A stretch of 59,403 bases of DNA, the filler included, from Sluysia triapertura (lineage: Eukaryota), in NCBI GenBank assembly GCA_046118255.1. It is 5 parts of 5 records of this genome, joined end to end, with 100 filler letters (N's around TTAATTAATTAA, not from the genome) between each part and the next. Parts side by side here need not be neighbours in the genome. Positions count along the whole stretch, not along the records: positions 48,429 to 59,403 come from JBJNIA010190674.1; 4 more parts are not named here. One strand, given 5' to 3'. Both the position numbers and the translations under genes were made by a program. Below the pieces are notes generated by a model. It was not told the origin of the DNA and searched no databases. It saw only the letters and a list, made by a program, of their open reading frames with translations. How positions within the stretch are numbered: the first letter of the stretch is position 1; each line of letters starts with the position of its first letter. Below, one piece after another: positions 52,930 through 59,403 of the stretch.

Positions 52930-54350
52930 TTTTACTGAAAATTGATGATAATAATAATCGATTTCAAAATTTTCAAATGGTTAAACGAATATTTACAATT
53001 GCTTTCAAAAAAGAAATTAGCGATTTTATATTGCAAGGCAAAAATGGAGAAATACATGATAAATCGATGTATTAGCAGTGGTTTAGGAACAGGTACAATA
53101 TTATCACCAAATGTAATCACATATTTTATATGATTATATGATCATATATGAATCATTGGGAAGTCTGGAAATTTGGAATTTCCACGAAAATAAGACCTAG
53201 GATGTGTTGTAGTTTAATATTTTTGTTGTTGATTTTTACATTTATGAAAGCCAGGATTATCTTATCATATTTAAAACATTTTGTTAAATCTTTTATGATT
53301 TTACATTTAAATCTTTTATGACGTATTACAATTGAAAGAGTATAAACAACAATTGAAAAATAATCAATGAACAAAATTTTATTTCTAAGTAACAATATGA
53401 AAAATTTAAGTCCATAGGTTCCTTTCCATGTATGCCAGATAGCCCAGTCGATGATTTAACGTCTAAAATAAAATAAGGAATTAATTTATAAATTGAGCAA
53501 TAAAAAGAATTAATTACGTTATAATTGACCACGATGTGCTGTTCTAATTGACTATGATCTCCGCGTCAGAACGCTGTTTGAACCTGTTGTAATACATGAT
53601 ATCATTGCCTTTATTAATAATTAGATACCTTTTCATATTTTGACATAATATAGATTCATGCTTGATGGCAACATTATTATTCTCATTCGGTTCAACCAAT
53701 AAATCCTTGATTTTTTTAATTTTCATATGATACAAATTTTCGGCATCTCGCGCAGTTCGTAATTCTGTTCGCTTCTTTCGAATTCTCGTTCTGTTTGGGT
53801 TATGTACACTATATTGCTTGTATAATTGACAAATCACTGTAACAGTATCGAGAAGTTCTTTTGGATTTTGTTCGGTGTTCTTGTACGGTTGGAAACATGC
53901 ACGTTCCGTTGGAATAATCACATATACGATATACTTTGTCTCAACTTCACAACTAATTACGCCTTCATAGCTGACCGTGTCGTTAAATATAATTTCATTT
54001 ATATTATGTGGTTCTTGGTAATGGCAGTTACTAAGTAATTTTGTTATATTTCGTCTAATTTTCATAGATAAGCAACATTGACCATGGTCTAAATTTATCC
54101 GCTGTTTGCGCCGATATTAATCTTTGATAATGAAATATATCCAATTGTAACGAAGTCTCGCTCATTCACTAATATTGTAAATTTACATGTTTGCTGAATC
54201 ATTGGTGATGATAACTTGTTCGATTTTTTGTAATTTAGCACAAGCTGCTTCCACTTCTGACAAGATCGCAAACAAATTAGTCAAAATAATTCATCTTTTT
54301 TCCTAACATTACTGGCATACATAAACTCCTTTGGTGTTTTTATTTTTACA
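52930..54350 (-). pseudogene. Decayed, frameshifted coding tract of unknown family
   Basis: A chain of overlapping ORFs (173, 68, 80, 62 aa) in shifting frames on one strand, with coding-like composition and no clear splice structure. Confidence 0.4.
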
Positions 54351-55764
54351 AAGCTGAAACTTAATTATAAATTTTTGAGACAAAATTTTACTTTTGAAAA
54401 TTTTTGTTGTACCACACGAAACTGATTGGACGTCCAACCAGCAAACGTATAAAGTTAATAATTAAAATATCACTGATTGGACGAACAATACTAATGATTA
54501 AAAGTTAGTTATTTGAGAAAGGAACCGTCAATGTTGACGTAAATTTATACACAATAATCAGTAATGTCAGCATTGATTGTCGTAGTTACTGATTTTCGAC
54601 ATAATTATTAATGATTTATAAAAATAATGAAATGGTTATATTATTATTATTATGAACGTTAAATAAAATAAAATTACATAAATAAAATAAAATACATAAA
54701 TTCTTTGAAAGAAATGTCTGTACACGAGCTTTCTGTTATTTCTTAAATTTCTCAACATATTTAAAAGTTAGAGGTAAGGAAGTAACATGATATTTAATGA
54801 TTAACTTACAAGTTTTGATGCTACCTCATACTCATGTTAAGATAGTATTACTAGCTGAAATGTTATTGAAATGTAATTGATTGAGGCCTAAATACCTTAG
54901 AATATTATTATTCTTGTGCTGTTTTAGATACTTTAGATACTTTTTAATGTAGTTTAATGATTTAGAATGTTATTATGGTTTATATTTTATGGGACTGTGG
55001 ATATAAATTGACTTTAGTAGATGAATTGTTTTGGCGAATGTAGAAGAGATAAATGTGATAATGTTAAAATGTTAAAGGATATGATTTTATGTACAATGTG
55101 TTGGTTTGATGATTTTGTAATATTTTTACAAAATTTGAAGGGTTCACCACCACAACAATATATCTGCTTATTATCAATATTAAATACGTAATAATATGTC
55201 AAAAAGGAAACCAGAGGTAACACAACATTTATTAAAATTAAAATATCAGTATCTACAAATAATTAAAGTCGATAACAATTATATTTATGTCTTGTCAAAT
55301 ATCTTTACTTAACATATTAACCAAAAACTATGAAAATATAATTTGTGCAGGGAGTCGTCCACAATGCAATTAAAATCACTAACTAAAAGTTAAAAAATTA
55401 AAGATCAAACTGAAATATGTAACTTAAGTCAATTTAAATAATGTGAACAAGGTGTCTCCCTAACGCAATTAAAATCAATTCATCGAAAGCAAAAATTAAA
55501 CAATTAAAAAGATTCTCAAAATTTTAATGACATAGAGTTATAAAATCAAATAAAAATCGATTTATCCTTGCATTACCTTATTCAAAATTAAAAATATAAA
55601 TTATCTTTATTTTAAAGGTATAAAATAAATAGAAATATTAGGCTAATTTGAAATTATAAAATAAACAAAATTGTTACCATCATCATGAATTTTCCATTTT
55701 CATTAAATCATCATTTCGTTGTTGTGAAGAAAAAGATTCTATGTACTCATTTTTATATCTCTTT

Positions 55765-56800
55765 ACCGTCCAATCACTCTAAACTTACAATCAGGAATTA
55801 TCTTTACACAAATCTAAAACAACTTTGACACTTACAAGGTAAGACCTTTCAAGCAAAGCAAAACAATTTGATTAACAATCAACTCTCTTTTTTTTCTTCT
55901 ACTCTACTGGGTTTATTTTCTCATGAATTCATTCTTACATTAAAATAGCAATCATTATTATTATTATTATTGACATACCTAAAAATAATTAATTTAACTT
56001 TAGTTTTTACATTTTAATTAATTTTCAATTCATCACACTCAATTTCTTAATGGAAAATGTTTAAAGTTCTCATTACCGAACGAACCATTTCACAAACATT
56101 ACAATCACATTTCGAATTCTCCTGTTTCATAACAATCACTCCATACTCAACTCATCATCATTCTAAATATGAAAATTTCATCATTTTACATTAAAGGTAA
56201 ATTAAAATTCGACTTTATTCAATATAGAGGCTTGGTCAAGCCTTATCTTCATCGAAAGGACTCTTTAAAACACACACATTCACAATTACAGTTTTAACAT
56301 ATAATTCCTCATTCGAAAGTTATTCACACAAACGTAATTTTTCTTAATTAAGTAATTAATGAATTAATTATTTTAACTTATTTTATTCTAAGTTTAAAGG
56401 TTTTAATATGGTTATAAAACTATTAAATACTTTATAAGGTTACCCAGGAGGCTCTCACTTTGATTCCTTTTTCCACTTTTTTATTTCAATTATCAATGCA
56501 TTAAATTTGTCTTCAACATAATTAGCCATAATTTGATTTTTTGAACATTTCAAAGGTTCCAAACATTTTACAAAGTTATTCGAAGGTATCAAAAGTTCAT
56601 TAAGGTCTCAAGAGTCTTAAAATGTTCCAACAAGATCTCAAATGATTTCAAGGTTCCGAAGTTTGAAGGTATCATTACACTTCAAAACATCTTTCCAAAC
56701 CTTACTTAAGTCTTCATAATGGTCTCAATACTCTACAAAAATCTTTGGAACTCCAAGGTATTCTTCGGTTACTAAATGATGATAAACATTTTACTGTTTA
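55765..56800 (+). repeat. Composite of dispersed repeats D (55765-56230) and A (56590-56790)
   Basis: By-eye alignment to 42530-42910 and to 25997-26160 / the reverse complement of 180-380. Confidence 0.65.
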
Positions 56801-57199
56801 TTATTCTTGCTCTAGAAATATATAATTAAGTATATATTATCATATTTCAGATATTTTATATCATTTTTTTCTTTTATATTTCAAATTATGTACACTAACT
56901 GGACAATTCCAACTTAAATTTAATTTAAATCTAATCAAATATAAAACTTATTTTCAGTAATAAATTTTGATACAATGCGTTAATGGTACATCACACGTCA
57001 ATTTCAATAACATATTTGGAATATTTCTTAATGAGCATTAATTTACTATGTACACTCATAATATATATAAAGAAAATTAATTTAAACTGATGATTTTTAC
57101 GTTATCTATGTTGACGTATTTCTCAATATTTCGGTGTTCGTAACACTGATAAATTTCATAATTGTAGTTTATTAAATGTGATGTTTGTCCCTATGGAAA

Positions 57200-57355
57200 T
57201 TTTGGGATGTAGGCCTAAGGTGCCATTTAGTACAATTGAATAGAGTAATCTATAAATTGTTAGTCGAGACTGATATCTCAGTGGTAGAGTATCGAACTGC
57301 GCAGTAACCGGTCCCGGGTTTGATACCTAGTCAGTCCATTTTCTGAATTCTGACA
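57200..57355 (+). mobile_element. Solo tRNA-like LTR (156 bp) with 4-bp TSD GAAA
   Basis: GAAA|TTTTGGGATGTAGGCC...ATCTCAGTGGTAGAG...GGTTTGATACC..TCAGTCCATTTT...TCTGACA|GAAA. It sits in repeat C, whose uninterrupted copy at ~42236-42255 reads cctatgcaaatatcatatg. Confidence 0.85.
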
Positions 57356-57783
57356 GAAACATCATACGGAAAGTTATTGATTAAAAGTAATTTACAAACA
57401 ATTTTAATTAAATTAATTCATAAATATACTTTAAAAATTTTTTGTAAAACTTTAGAAATCATTGATCCCTTTAATTTTAAGGTGTCATACCCTTGTAATC
57501 ATTTTATCTTCTGGCTATCTCAACAATATAACATGCATTAAAGTCCAAGACTTAGTCTCTATCGAGTGTTGCATGATAAAGAGTTTTGTAACTTTATGTA
57601 TACCAAAGATATTTTTAAAGATTTACTGATTAACTTAATGCATATTATAATAAATATTTTTATAATTTTAAGTTAACTAAAGGAATTTTTAAAGATTTGG
57701 TTATTATAATACCGCATAATTTTAAAGACAATAAAGATTTTTGTAAGTTAATGTTGACTAAAAACATCTTAAAAGATAATAAA

Positions 57784-57910
57784 TGTTGGGACACAGGCCT
57801 AAAGTGCCACAGAATAATAATATTATAATCGACTAAAATAAAATAAAATTGTTAGAAGGGGCTGATAGCTCAAACTGCGCAGCGAAAGTCGATTCCCGAT
57901 TGCATTTTTT
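57784..57910 (+). mobile_element. Degenerate copy of the tRNA-like LTR
   Basis: TGTTGGGACACAGGCCTAAAGTGCCA...AAATTGTTAGAAGGGGCTGATAGCTC; internally deleted, 3' end lost. Confidence 0.75.
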
Positions 57911-57947
57911 CAAAAGAATTATACTTATTTCAGTAATTGACTTTTTA

Positions 57948-58640
57948 CTGGTGAAGGATAAAGGTGTAAAGACTCAGGATAATATCACAAGGTGAACATT
58001 ATGATGAACTGTAATGATAAGATAAAATAATGAGAAAATACGAATAAATAACCCTTTGTAGAGTATAATTTGCTAAAATATTAAATTATTTGTTACTTAA
58101 AATTTTATAATTTTACGTTTTTACATAGGCATAAACTGTACAAAATTAATAAAATTGTAAATATAATTCAATCGACCATATTAAATGCTCTGTAAACCTT
58201 ATGCTTACATATATTTCTTCTAATTCTTCAGATGAAATATAGATTCCAGAATGTGAGTAGAATCGTGCTGCAGGGACGCGAAAATATTTAACTTAAATAA
58301 AGCCTTCCAGCGTTTCTTTTGTTATTATCAAACATTGTTTCAAAATGCGATAATAAATTATTTTAATAAGCAAAAATTTCATTTCTTTCTTTTTTTTATT
58401 GTATAATTTTACTAAGGACCAATTGAAATTAATTGTTTATTTTTAATTTATTTTTCTTGTTTATCTGCGCATTGATAGTTAATTGTTTATAGTCCTTGAT
58501 AACAAGAACTTCTTGGCGAACGGAGATATGCAGGGATTGGTGAAGGATAAAGGTAGATGTCAGTGTCAGGACTCAGGAGGTGAACATTATTGAAGAATTA
58601 AGATAAGGTATTATGATGAACTGTAGTGGTATGATAAGTA
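57948..58640 (-). repeat. Two related ~80-150-bp fragments (57948-58020 and 58495-58635), probably LINE 3' ends
   Basis: tggtgaaggataaaggt...gactcagga...ggtgaacattat..tgatgaactgta occurs twice. The minus strand of the second gives RSSCYQG, similar to the CR1/L2 terminal motif. Confidence 0.45.
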
Positions 58641-59403
58641 TATAAAATACTTGGAATCATGGTAAAATATTAAAGTACTTTTGTTAATTAATTTAAGTAA
58701 AATTTGTTTAATTTGATAATTCAATAAAAATGTTTGATCATGGTAAAATAATAATGGATTTCGTGTATAATATTGAGTTTTAATGATGAAGTATTGCTAA
58801 ATACGTCAACGTAGATAACGTAAAATTTAGTTATTTTAATTAATTTTATAATTTAAAATTAAAGATAAATATGTTCAAATGTCTAAGTATTAATAAAGTA
58901 TATATCAAATTGATGCTTATAGAGAGATCAATTCAAATCTGTTACTGGACTTAATGCACAAGTATTAATGAAGAATACTCCTGTGAAAAATAAATTTATT
59001 TTTTCATTAATTTTATCGTTAAATTAAGTTGACAAATTGCGTTATTATCATAAAAGCAATGTAAAAATCATTTTAAATTTTAATTAGGTGATATTAAGAA
59101 GATAAAGGTATTGTTTGCCACAAATCTCATTATCTTTAGATAATTGGAATGATAATGAAGTTGAACATAGATGGAAATTGCATTCGACATTTAATCGGCG
59201 AAATTAGTCTGCTTATTGCAGACTAAAAGAAAATCGACAGCTTTAATTTCCATCTTGTTAAATTTCTTATTTTTGTGAGGCTGGGGATGGGAAAACTTTG
59301 ATTATATTGAACATTTTGATTATATTGATTATATTATAAATTATATTATTTGATAATTTATTTTATTTATCTTATTCATTATTTATTTGTTAGCTATAAT
59401 TAT

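Noticed and set aside
57264-57340. Functional tRNA genes, or an ordinary tRNA-SINE, at the A/B-box repeats
   Set aside because: The anticodon arms do not pair and differ among copies. The tRNA part is internal to a TG...CA unit with a fixed 4-bp TSD and no tail.
1-59403. CRISPR array, operon, prophage or alternative genetic code
   Set aside because: No repeat-spacer arrays or prokaryotic gene organisation. The long exons read through in the standard code, and in-frame stops occur only in regions that are also frameshifted.

Overview
Very AT-rich eukaryotic (animal) genomic DNA, not prokaryotic. The window joins five unrelated contigs with artificial N-TTAATTAATTAA-N linkers (12421-12521, 25897-25996, 37224-37323, 48329-48428) and has one internal N gap (40818-41238). 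Genes reconstructed by hand from GT-AG boundaries: a complete 5-exon UTP20 (minus, ~2563 aa, with 32- and 43-bp introns); two 3' exons of an ACAP-type ArfGAP; three exons of VPS13D; a 5-exon 240-aa orphan gene on the opposite strand, probably inside a VPS13D intron; one Cav2 calcium-channel IS6 exon; and two exons of an unidentified gene. The rest is rich in decayed gene copies (USP8 joined to out-of-order MAGT1/TUSC3-like pieces, an innexin, possibly a POU homeobox) and TE remnants (Tc1, mariner, pogo, piggyBac, hAT-like, L2/CR1). The most notable system is a ~155-165-bp element (TGTTGGGA...TCT[A/G]ACA) with a tRNA-like Pol III cassette and 4-bp TSDs. It occurs as solo LTRs and as an LTR-internal-LTR mini-retrotransposon (Helenus/Cassandra-like TRIM). 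One copy is interrupted inside its tRNA-like part by the 3' end of a NeSL/Utopia-type RLE non-LTR retrotransposon. Innexin, Cav2, tiny introns and highly diverged proteins suggest a fast-evolving invertebrate (e.g. orthonectid or flatworm); the species cannot be determined here. All homology calls come from motif recognition by eye, not database searches.
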